In this document: positions 1 through 11,677 of the stretch, piece after piece
Position numbering within the stretch: the first letter of the stretch is position 1
Layout: the number at the start of each line of letters is the position of its first letter
Assembly (NCBI GenBank): GCA_964247055.1
Contig: OZ176056.1
Span: 3,224,001-3,288,000 of the forward strand
Reading direction: 5' to 3'
Origin: Paragordius varius
Lineage: Eukaryota > Animalia > Nematomorpha
Length of the DNA: 64,000 bases
The notes under the pieces: model-generated
Seen by the model: the letters and a program-made list of their open reading frames with translations, nothing else
The model's database searches: none
Told to the model about the DNA's origin: nothing
Made by a program: the position numbers and the translations under genes

Positions 1-3000
1 ACGTTTCCAAGACCCTAGGAGAATTGTGTTTGATCAATGCATTAATCAGCATATATTGATAAATCGTGTTTGAGGTATCATTTGAAACATTGTTAATATT
101 ATTATTCAGTTTTGATTGATTGTACAATGTTTGAAAACGGTCTGAAAAAACAAACGAAACAAAACATTTCTTATATGATAAATTATAAAGTAAATCACTC
201 ATTAAATATTAATAATAACTAGAACTGCTTAATAAATTTAATATTAACAGTTATAACCAGATACTCCATAAATGGAAAAATTAAAAATATTTTCATAAAT
301 ACTCACTGTGTTTTTGGTTATTCCATAACTTTTTAAAAATTTTAAAATTTAACATTTTTATTACAATTATTTTATACAATATAAATATTAAATATAAAAT
401 AAGATTTTTAGACATGTCCAAAATTTTTAAAGATATATAAAATATAATGTTTTAATCAAAACATAAATTGAATAAATAATTTAATCAATTTTTTTTACAA
501 ATTATCCCAAAAAAATAATTGTAAATCTCACAAATTGTTCAAAATTCAATTATAATTTTCAAGTTATTTATCCAATAAAAATAATTACCTATAAATGGTA
601 ATATATCAAAAGTATATTTCGGATTCGATTTAGAATCTTGATTATCCGTAATAGTAAGGGTACTTTCTTTACAATTTATTGAAAGTTTGGAGGGATCAAT
701 ATCTATAAATACATGTAACATTAAAAAAAGAATAATAAATTAAAAGTAAAAATATTTGCAAAAAACTAAATAATAAAAAATAATAATAATTATTTTAAAC
801 CCGTAATTATTTTATCCTATACGATTAGGATTTTAGAGCAGTAAAAAACAAATAAAATAAATAATATTTAAAGAGAAAATTATATTATTCAATTCTTAAT
901 TTTTACATAATATAGGAATACAATAGTAAAATATAAATGTCTTTAGGTGTTTTTACATCTCTATTTTATATATCAGAAAGAAATAAAATCCAGGTAAAAA
1001 TGTAGTTTTTCCAAACAAAAATATTTTCCCTTTTGATATTTTAATTTGATTTTAACTGTAAAATATGAAGTTATGAATATTTATCTGATCTGAATATACC
1101 CCAAATTTTTAGGAATATACAATTTTTATCGAAATTAATTAATTTTCTCCTCAAAATGGTTTCATTGTGCAGTTGTTTTTTTGTAAAATGGTTTAATTGA
1201 AACTCGTCGGCTTTTATATATGTTAATATTTTACATCAAACCTTTTTAAACATTATTAAAATAATAAATATATTTATATTTTATTTGAAAACTTTATAAA
1301 AAATCGCAAAATATAATCATACTTTCATCTAAATCCAAAAAAGTTTCTCCAATTATTTTGGCAGAACAAGGGTGACATTTTAAGCATTGAATATGCGTTT
1401 TATCCGTTTTACCATTATTCAAAGACTTATCAAAAGGTGTTGAGATATTTCTAAGATTAAAACAATTGGTTTTATCAATGCTGGTTTCATCAATGGAATC
1501 AAGATATATGGTGGTGGAAATGTCAAATATAAAAAGTTTGATTGACTTTTTGGAGTCTCTAAAAGTATTCAAAGAGTAATATAAAAATCTTTGAGTATGA
1601 AATACTTTATAATTTTTGCTAAAAATCAAAAAATAGAGTTAAATTTTGGTTCAATGCTTATAAAAATTATTTAGTTATCCAAAATAATACAATCGTAGCG
1701 TTTGTAAAAAAATAGCATAATCAATTAACATTAAAATTAAATTTAATAAAAATATGAAAATTTTACATTGCTTAATTATTTGTTTTCATAAATCATAAAA
1801 AATAAATTTAGGATTATTCATTTAACTTATTTTATTTTATCATTTAATATATTTCTTTTTTACATTAAATTATATACATATTCCAGATAAATTAAAAAAA
1901 CCAAAAAAAATTACTTTTTATTTTTTGCCGTTAAGGAAACAAGTGTAGCTACTTTAAATCGTAATTCGACATTTGGTTGACAATTATTTTTACAAGCGGG
2001 ACAAGACCAGCTGGTTTGTTGTACAAAATATGAAATGTTGCTTTGATTATTTAAACCATTATTTAAATTATTAAAATTATCAGATTTTTCAGAAATATAA
2101 TTTTGAGATTTTTGATGGCGGATATCAAAAACATTGGCACCTATTAGGTTTATCGTGTCTTGACTGTTGATTGAATCTAAACTTTCATTATTGGAAAATT
2201 GTGCAATCAAATTCCACTAAAATAAATGGAGAAAATAAAGATTTTTTTTCATAAAATTAACAAGTAATAAATTAAAAATATTAAAGTATATAAACTATAT
2301 ATTTTTCATATATGCTATATTATCAGTTGCACAACCGTAAAAAATGCTATTCCAAAAATGTTTGAATATTGAAATAGTCCGTAAAATAATTTATTTGCAA
2401 ACAAATATAAATAATTGTAGAAAGAATTTTATAGCAATTGAAAATCTGTTAATAATGAGTTTTTAAAGGTTTTATATAAAAATTAAAAAATTTTAAAGCC
2501 AAAGAATTCTAAAACATATTAACAAAAATTGAGTTGAACTTTTTGATTTTCCACATTAGTTTTGACATTAGTAGACGACATATTATTGTTTGAAAGCGCC
2601 ACTATTTTCGGGTGTAAATTTGACGCAAAAGATCTATATTGCCAAATTTCAAATTTAAGGTCCAGACTATGCTTATCTAACAATGCAAAGAAAAAATATA
2701 AATTAATTTACAGCAAATTTAAATTATACGGACAATATGCAAAAGGCAAATATTTATATTGTACTATTTTAAACTTGTTTTTATTAATTAAAACTTATTG
2801 TTTCATATCGTAGAGTATGAAAGAAAAGTGTATTGGTAACAAAATAAATTAGTATTTGAAAACTGTAATTAAATATTTAATATGGGAAAAATATATGAAA
2901 AAGTATGGCCTTTGAAAAAAATGTCGTTATATTATTACTTTTCTTTTTTTGATTTTCACTTAATATTCAAAACATTAAAAGTAATATATTTTTTGTCGAA

Positions 3001-4219
3001 TTTTTATATATATTAGTTTTATCCGTAATTCATTTATCATAAAATATAATATGTTAAGTTATACCATTTCCTATGCAGCTTTTTTGAAGCAATAACAAAA
3101 GTGGTTTGTCATTAAATTTGAAATCGCATTTCGTATTTTTAGTACCAAAGGATAAAAGTTTTTCTATTATGGAATCATCCAGATCTTGATTAAAATTTTT
3201 TGGAATTTCTTGTGTGGGTATAAAACAAAATGTTTGACTGCCATCTAAAATGAATAGAACAAATTAAAAAAAGGATGATTTTAACTGCAGTAATAAATAT
3301 ATAATCCAATATTAAATTTTAATAAAAATATCAGATATATTTAATATCAGGCTAACCAGAGGTGTCCAAAACAAATGGTTTCGCCGCATTTCTCAGAAAA
3401 TTAATGGGCCATATATTAGGTGTTCACAAATATTTTATTAGATTTTTGAAAATGTAATACAATATAACGTTTTTTTTCTATTTTTGGCCTGACAATTGAT
3501 AAAACTTATTTAAACAATTTGTATAAAAAACCATCAATTTAATTAAGATTTGTGAGCATGTGCGGCCAGCGTGTTGGACACCCTCGAGATAAACATGTTA
3601 ATTTGGAGGTTTTTAGGAGTCAAAATCAAGCTTTTATTGAAAACATTTGTTAGAGAAAAAAATAATAATATTAGCATACCCGATTGGGATGGTAAAGATT
3701 CCATAAAACTGTTTAGTCTCAGACTCATTATATCTAGTGTTGTTCCATCTGATTATATTTTAATTGTTAATTAATTGACAAATAAACCTAAAGAACGATT
3801 AATTTGAATGTCCAAAAATTGCAGAGGCACATCCAACGAGTCCGACTGAAGGGCAAAAATTATATGACCTTTAATTTACGAAAAACTTATACCATTTAAA
3901 TATGTAATATCAGCATTAACAACATTTATTCCAATATGGATTTGAAGCTCATCGTTTTCGGTATCCAATTTAACTTTTAATTGGTCAGAACATTGAATAT
4001 AATTTATAGAACTGAACAATGATTTATATAGCTTTGGAAACACTATGGATATCTAAAGATTAATAAGCTATACTATATTTGATCCTACAGTAATATTCAA
4101 TTGATACTCTTTTAATTGAAGAAAAATGTTATTTTCATCATTTAAAAATGCTTCGTTATCCTAAATATATGCAACAAAAATACTGTATTATATATGGAGA
4201 ATTGCTTTTTTATAATCAT
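1..4219 (-). CDS. Uncharacterised multi-exon protein, 3' end runs off the window
   Basis: Phase-consistent GT-AG exon chain: 4219-4184, 4160-4074, 4052-3893, 3868-3788, 3748-3680, 3244-3065, 2676-2540, 2216-1915, 1618-1323, 1210-1100, 702-589, 141-<1. It includes ORF-track pieces 1911-2210, 1294-1629 and 539-721. CxxC motifs present (SCPACK, QCLKCH). No family recognised. The start codon at 4219 and completeness of the exon set are uncertain. Confidence 0.6.
3357..3586. mobile_element. Degenerate hAT-type MITE in an intron of gene 1
   Basis: Ends CAGAGGTGTCCAA ... TTGGACACCCTCG are imperfect inverted repeats. Flanking 8-mers AGGCTAAC/AGATAAAC match at only 5/8. Confidence 0.5.
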
Positions 4220-4431
4220 TTTTTCACAATTATTTTTAAATAAATGTGATTTATCGATACATTCGCATGTACGGATGGTCAAAAATTATTTGTTGCAAAT
4301 TTTCTAATTACGATATATATACTAATCAGGTATATTGGTAACGTCTACAATTTGCTGTAATAAGTTTATATAGCGCAGTTCACTCAATATATCAATAATT
4401 ACATATTTGGAGTTAGCAAGATAGGCATGCT

Positions 4432-6595
4432 TAAGGTGACCAGACGTCCCGCTTTTGGCGGGACAGTCCCACTTTTTCACACTTTGTCCCGCGTCCCGCT
4501 ACGTTTTTGAAATGTCCCGCTTTTTCACGATTATATAAAAAAACTTTCTTTTTAAATACATTTAAATTTCTTATAAATTTATTTTTTTATCCCTTTAAAT
4601 TTTTAATCATTCGTTATCTTTAAAATCTATATCAATTTTAAATTAAAATTTTTTATTTTAAAATTAAATATATTTATTTCTTTCAATTTATATCATATGG
4701 TTATACACTTTGCTACTCCTACTTCTACTGCCAACATTATCAAAAAAACAAATTAGTACGACAAATCGGTAGCTTATACGTATTCAGAAAATTAAGGTAA
4801 TACAATATTTATACTAATGTTAGTTTAAAAATATGAGCACAAAAAGAGTTTGTAAATTCAACGATAAATTAATGAAAGAATTTCTTTCTTAAAAAAACGT
4901 AGAATGAATCATTTATTAATGTTCTTTATGCGAGGGGGTATTTACCCTAGCACATGAAGGCAAGCATGATATTACAAAGCATATGGAAACACAGAAACAT
5001 ATAAAATGTTTAAATATGGCGGCATCATCTTACAAAAAAAGCGAATTCTAACGAAAAACCGCTTTTGGAGAGGAAGATAACAATTTGGCACTAGCCGAAG
5101 GCGTTTTATCTTTTAACGCCGTTAATCCCAATCATTCCTTTAGATCCAAAGATTGTACCTCACAGGTTAATCGTACCTTACTCAATAAAATTTACATGTG
5201 CCCGTACAAAGGCTGAAGCCATTGTATGAAATGTCCTTTCGCCACATGCATTTTCTGAAATACAAAAAGATTTGCTGAAAATTAATTTCATATCTCTATA
5301 CTCTGATGAATCAAATCACAAGGAAATAAAATTCTTTCCTTATAAATTAAAATTTTAGATTATATTTCTCTACCCGGTGAAAAGACATAATTTTTATTTC
5401 AATAATGAATATTCTAGAAAAAAATAATTTAATAGACAAAATAATCATCGCATATTGCGCTGACAACACTACGAACTTCGGTGGAAAAGCAAGGATAGGA
5501 ACAAAAAATATTTTGGCGTTAGGTGTGCAGCGCATATATGACACAATGCTATTCAAACAGCTAATGATTTGTTACGCTTAGATGTAAAAAACGTAGTTGT
5601 TATAATATATTCCTATTTTACGGTACGCGTTAAAACGCTTAAAGAATTCTGTAAAAATGCAGTGGTTAAATATCAAAAAATCTTGGATATTGTAAAACTC
5701 GTTGGTTATCTCTTTTGCCAGCTATCGAAAAATTTTTAAAATGTATGATCCCTTAAAATCCTATTTTTTATCACAGGACAAATGCCCTACAACTTTGGAT
5801 AGTTTTTGAAAGTGATCTTTCAAAATATTGTTAGAGTTCCTACATAATCAAGCTTTACTCTTTCAAAATGTTATTAAATTGAAAGGAGGTAACGAAATTT
5901 CGGCAATCGAAGTAGCCAATAAAGTTAATAACCTAAAATTCCAATGTCAAGAAAGGTTAGAAAATAATTTTATACCATTACCACCCAATATTAAAAATAA
6001 TTTAGAAAAACAAGGTTCCTGTATCATATAAAAATGTTTTATACAAACTGTATAGAATTGGAAGACTGGACGGTGCAATTCAATGAAATTGATCATTTAC
6101 ATTGGATAACATTAAAACCATAATTTAATTAGTGCGATGTTCAAAAATCATTTGATTACATCTGCATCTACCAAAAATTCCCAAAAATCTTTCAGAAAAT
6201 GATCTTTTTTCCGAACTATACTATGTTCCATACAATAATATTTTAAAAATTGTAAAATTCGCACTATCTTTAGCTAGAACCAACGCTGCTACTCAGCGCG
6301 TTTTTCCACAGTAAATTAGGTGTGACATCGGAAAAATTAAATTTAAATATAAAACTTTAAATATGAAGACTTCTACAAAATTTTAAAAAATGATGACAAT
6401 CTGCTAAAACGCATTCCCTCAAATAAAAAATATACCAAGGAATAAAATATGTTATATTTATAATGTATTTGTGTTAAAAAGAAATATTACAATAAATATT
6501 TTGTACAAAAATTTTTGGTTGTACCCCCCCCCCCATGTCCTCCCCCTTTTCTCGGATTTGTCCCGCTTTTTCCTTCAAAAAATCTGGTCACCTTA
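4432..6595 (+). mobile_element. hAT transposon (Blackjack-type termini), copy 1, defective
   Basis: TIR TAAGGTGACCAGA ... TCTGGTCACCTTA with subterminal GTCCCG motifs. Perfect 8-bp TSD GGCATGCT at 4424-4431 and 6596-6603. Internal decayed transposase. Confidence 0.92.
4833..6445 (+). pseudogene. hAT transposase remnant (copy 1)
   Basis: Colinear with 8015-9827 but has many stops, frameshifts and deletions. ORF-track fragment 5828-6031 (EFLHNQALLFQNVIKL...). Confidence 0.85.
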
Positions 6596-7741
6596 GGCAT
6601 GCTGCTTCTAGTTTTGCCTAAAATTTCTATAATTTTTGCTGATTGACCCATATAAAATATAGTTTATTTACCATCATTCTTAATTATAGATGCTCTATCC
6701 AAAAAATCTAATTTACGTTGCAAAACAAAATATTTGTTAATATTAATTTGGGTATTTTAAAACAGCTTCTGAAAAAACACAAAAAGGCCGAGATTGCAAT
6801 GCAAATCCCATAAATGACCTAAAAAGTATTTTTAGAAATTTTACTTGAAATTGAATTCAAATATGCGTGCTTGCAATATTTAAAATTGTATAAATTAAAT
6901 TCCAATGATTTTTGTGGAAAACGGAACTTATATTTAATTAAAATTTAATAAGGAACTGATTAAATAGAATTTTTAGCCTAACCAAATTATTATAGAATAA
7001 AATATTTCAATATTTTACAGTTGTACTTACCAAAAATTTTAAGGCCGCAAAAAATATCCATCTAGTCTAGTGTTATTGGATGCACCGTAAAATACCTATA
7101 AGAATTTCGAGGCTGTTGACAGATTTGCAGGGGCAAAAGCACTTAAGAGTTGCATGCGCCCCATGGTCCGTAGGTATCCAAACTCTAAATTCCATAAAAC
7201 TCATTTTAACAATTTTTAATGTATATGATAAATTATTTAAATAATTTTTGATTCATAACTAGCATATAATTTAAAAGTTATCACACAATCTGGGCGTTTA
7301 TTCGTTTATTTTAACAATACCTTCCATTTTAGAGAAGTCTAGAAATTTTAAACTTTGAGAGCCGTGTATGACTTAAAATTTTATCATAATATTCTTTTGC
7401 TTTCTAAATATACATATTATATACATTATATTGACAAATGAAGCTTCTATACAAATTTTTATTCAGCATAATGTTTATTTTTTTGCGGTTAACATAAGAT
7501 GACCAGACGTCCCGCTTTTGGCTGGACAGTCCCGTTTTTTAAACTTTGTCCCGCGTTCCGCTACGTTTTTGAAATGTCCCGCTTTTTCACGATTATAAAA
7601 AAAATTTTTTTTTATACAAATAAAAATTTTTTTACAAATAATTTTTTTTTATTTTAAATTAAAATTTTTTTATTTTTAAATTTAATATATATTTCGAATT
7701 TATATCATATGATTATACACTTTCCTTCCTACTACTACTGT

Positions 7742-8001
7742 CATTATTATGAAAAAGCCAAGTTACTAGATTAAAAGACAAATTGATACCACAAATCGGT
7801 ACCTTACACGTTTATTCCAGAAAATTAAGGTAATATAATATTTATTATACTAATATTTTAGTTTTATTACTTGCCAACATTATTAAAAAGCCAAATTAAT
7901 ACCACAAATCGGTAGCTTAAAAGACAAATTGATACCACAAATCGGTACCTTACACGTTTATTTCAGAAAATTAAGGTAACTTAATATTTATTATACTAAT
8001 A
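7742..8001 (+). repeat. ~125-bp imperfect tandem duplication in the 5' subterminal region of copy 2
   Basis: The block 'aaagacaaattgataccacaaatcggtaccttacacgtttatt..cagaaaattaaggtaa..aatatttattatactaata' occurs twice here and once in copy 3. Confidence 0.75.
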
Positions 8002-8014
8002 GTAGTTTATAAAT

Positions 8015-9827
8015 ATGAGCACAAAAAGAGGTTGTAAATTCAATGATGAATTAATGAAAGATTTTCCTTTTATTAAAAAAACGAAGAATGAATCATCTGT
8101 TAAATGTCTTATATGCGAGGGGGAAATCACCCTAGCACATGGCAGCAAACATGATACTACAAAGCATATGGAAACACAGAAACATAAAAAATGTTTAGAT
8201 ATGGCGGCATCATCTTATAAAATGAGCGATTTTTTTCGAAAAACCGCTTTTGGAGAGGAAGAAAAGAATTTGGCACTAGCTGAGGGCGTGTTATCCTTTC
8301 ACTCCGTTAATCACAAACATTCTTTTAGATCATGGATTGTACCTCACAGGTTATTCGCACGTTATCCCATAAAAAATTTACATGTGCTCGTACAAAGGCT
8401 GAAACCATTGTGTGCAATATCCTTTCGCCACATGCATTTTCTGAAATACAAAAAGATTTGATAAAAATTAATTTCTTTTCCTTATACTCTGATGCTTCAA
8501 AATGAAACAAAATATTTCCCACTTTGATAAGATATTCAGAAACCGGAGTAAAAATTAAAATTTTATTAATTTCCCTACCCGGTGAAAATTCCGAAATAAT
8601 ATTCAATAATGCATAAATAATTTAAAAGACAAAATTATCGCATATTGCGCTAACAACACCAATACGAACTTTGGTGAAGCAAGGAGGAAAACAAAAAATA
8701 TTTTTGATAAATTAACAGATAATCTTAATCAAAACATTATTGGCGTTGGGTGTGCAGCGCATATGATACACAACGCTATTCAAACAGCTGCTGATTTGTT
8801 ACCCCTAGATGTGGAAAATGTAGTTGTTAAAATATATTCCTATTTTTATATATACCGTACGTGTTGAACGCTTAAAGAATTTTGTGAAAATGCAGAAGTT
8901 CAATATCAAAAAATGCTTGGATATTGTAAAACTCGTTGGTTAGCTTTTATGCCAGCTATCGAAAGAATTTTAAAAATGTATGATCCTTTAAAATCTTTTT
9001 TTATCACAGCACAAATGTCCTACAACTTTAAAAAAAATTCAAAAATATGGTTAAAATTCTTACATAATCAAGCTTCTCTCTTTCAAAATGTTATTAAATT
9101 TATAGAAGGTGACAAAATTTCGGCAATCGAAGTAGCCAATGAAGTTAGTAACCTAAAATTCCAATGTCAAGAACGGTTAGAAAATAATTTTATACCATTA
9201 ATCATCCGCAATACAATAAATAATTTAGAAAAACAAGGCTTAATAAATCGCCAAGATATCCTGTACCATATAAAAATGTTTTATACAAACTGTAAAGATT
9301 ATTTGGAAGACTGGACGCAATATGAATTTGATCATTTTCATTGGATAACATTAAAATCAGAATTTAATTGGTGCGATGTTCAAAAATCATTTGATTATAT
9401 CTTCTCCCAAAAATTCTCAAAAAGTAACCTCTCAGAAAATGATCCTTTTTCTGAAGTATCCTTAGTTAAAAGATATATTATTAGTGAAAAACTTAAATTA
9501 TGGACAAAAGAAAAATAACAGTAGAAAAGAAATGGTTGAGAATATTTCATCATTTTGAAGCCAGCTATATTACATACAATAATTTTTTGAAAATTGTAGA
9601 ATTGGCACTATCTTTACCTGGAACCAACGCTGCTACTGAGCGCGTTTTTTTCCACAGTAAATCAGGCGGGACATTGGAAAAATCCAATTTAAATGTTGAA
9701 AATTTAAAGGCCGTCTTATCTGTCAAATATAATTTGACACCATCTTGTAAAGAATTTTCTACAATATTTAAAAAATGATGACACTCTGCTAAAACGCATT
9801 CGCTCAAAAAAATATACCAATGAATAA
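8015..9827 (+). pseudogene. Near-full-length frameshifted hAT transposase (BED finger, DDE core, C-terminal dimerisation region)
   Basis: ORFs 8015-8461 (CLICEGE..HG.K.D.TKHMETQKHKK, BED-like), 8913-9518 (YCKTRWLAFMPAIERIL) and 9500-9778 (LSLPGTNAATERVF) carry hAT motifs and are split by frameshifts. Confidence 0.9.
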
Positions 9828-9873
9828 AATATTTTCTTATATTTATAAAATTTTTATGTTAAAAAATGAACAA

Positions 9874-10689
9874 AATTACTTAAAATATTGTATAAGTCTT
9901 CATAATTTGTCAAATTATATTTGAACACATAAAATGGTTTTTATTCAACATTTAAATTTGATTCCGTGTCCTTACTTAATTTACTGTGGAAAAACGCGTT
10001 CAATAGCAGTGGTTCAGGTAAAGATAATGCAAATTCTACAATTAAAATATTATTGTATGGAACATAATTTGTTTAAAAATGTTTATTTTAACCATTTCTA
10101 TCCTACGTATTTTTTTCTGTTGTCCATAATATAAGTTTTCAATATATTTATTTAATAATGAGACTTCATAAAAAAGTGTCATTGTGCACCGTCTTGTGTT
10201 CCAAATAATCGTTTCTGTTTGTATAAAACATCTTTATATTCTGGCTATTCATTGAGCCTTGTTTTCTGGATGCTTTATAATATTGCGATTAGATAATGGT
10301 ATTCTAACCTTTTTCGACTTGGAATTTTGACCTTTGTCCTGTGAAATAGGATTCTAGGAGATCCATTTTTATAAATATTTCAATCGCTGGCAAAAGAGCT
10401 AACCAACAGTTCTACAATATCCAAGCATTTTAACATTTATATTTTCCACATCCAGGGGTAACAAATCAGTAGCTGTTTGAATAGCTTATGTATCTGCCAA
10501 TAATGTTTTGATTAAGATTATTCGCTAAATTGTTAAAAATATTTTTTGTGCCGCTTCTTGCATAACCCAGCGCACTTTGTGATGAATTCGTCTTTATTAC
10601 TTTTTTCTAGAATATTACAATCACTTCACCCTTTGTTCGTGCACATGTAAATTTATTGAATAAGGTACAAACAACCTGTGAGGTACAAA
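9874..10689 (-). repeat. Inverted, multiply deleted, diverged copy of the same hAT transposase inside copy 2
   Basis: Reverse-complement blocks match the forward transposase, for example 'tatgttccatacaataatatttt', 'ggatgtggaaaat', 'aatcttaatcaaaacattattggc' and 'ttgtacctcacaggtt...tttacatgtgcacgaacaaagg'. Confidence 0.85.
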
Positions 10690-10905
10690 TTTTTTTATAT
10701 TTACAATGTATTTGTGTTAAAAATAAATAAATATTACAATAAATTTTTTGTATAAAAATTTTTGGTTGTACCCCCTAACGGGCCCCCTTCTCAGATTTGT
10801 CCCGCTTTTTCCTTTAAAAAATCTGGTCTTAGGTTAACACAATGCAATTATTTATTAATGACGCATAAGGTAATTTAACACTTGGATACAACACACTCAT
10901 TTTAA

Positions 10906-11460
10906 TCCTTCGATTCAAATTGGGGTAGTTGGATACCCCAGGCCTGTTTAAAATAAAATACATTGAAAAGTATGGAAGGAATCAAAACCATGGCAAAATT
11001 TTGCACTTATATAACATTGATAAACCGTAATTTATAAAAAAATTTATTCAAAAATACTTGATATTACTTATTTTGAGCTAAAACCGAAAGGTAAAAATTT
11101 CGTCAACGTGACATGTGTCAAATTTTAAAATTAAAAAATAATACAAAATAAACCGCTTTTTCTATTTTTATCAATGTTAGATATAATTTATATAAAAAAT
11201 TAGCTTTAGTTTTACTCTTAAAATTAAATGAAGACGATATTTTGCAAAAATTTTGTTAAATAAAAATGGCGTCGAAGTAGATTGAGATGGAACTTTTTTT
11301 TCAAAACAAAATTTTATCAAGATATTTTGGCATATTTATATTATATTTATCAGGATAGAAGCATAAATTTAAATTGGGACCGTTTCCTTCTGTAATTTTT
11401 TAAAAATTTCAATTTAAATTTAGTCTGGAGTATTTAGATACCCCAATTTGAATCGAAGTG
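10906..11460. mobile_element. piggyBac-type MITE
   Basis: TTAA flanks at 10902-10905 and 11461-11464. TIR (T/C)(C/A)CTTCGATTCAAATTGGGGTA. Confidence 0.8.
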
Positions 11461-11677
11461 TTAAAGCCTACAAAGTGTATATAAGTATTAATTGTATCCC
11501 CAGATTTTGTATACTGTGTTATGTTCCCTCTGTAATATATTAAGTTATATTAAAAATTTTAAGATCATCTAGTTAAAATATTTTATTAGCAGGCATACTA
11601 TTAAACAAATAAATTAATTCAAGGCATTTTCAACATATTATAGAAAATGTGATTTTTTAATACGTTCGCGTTTACAG

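Larger units (their letters stand above)
7495..10831 (+). mobile_element. hAT transposon (Blackjack-type), copy 2, with internal inverted transposase copy
   Basis: Left end TAAGATGACCAGACGTCCCG, right end TCTGGTCTTA (3-nt deletion). Perfect TSD GGTTAACA at 7487-7494 and 10832-10839. Confidence 0.92.

Noticed and set aside
2562-2813. Plus-strand ORFs 2562-2813 and 3571-3774
   Set aside because: Antisense to phase-consistent minus-strand exons of gene 1.
9934-10134. 66-aa ORF
   Set aside because: It is the opposite strand of the inverted transposase remnant.
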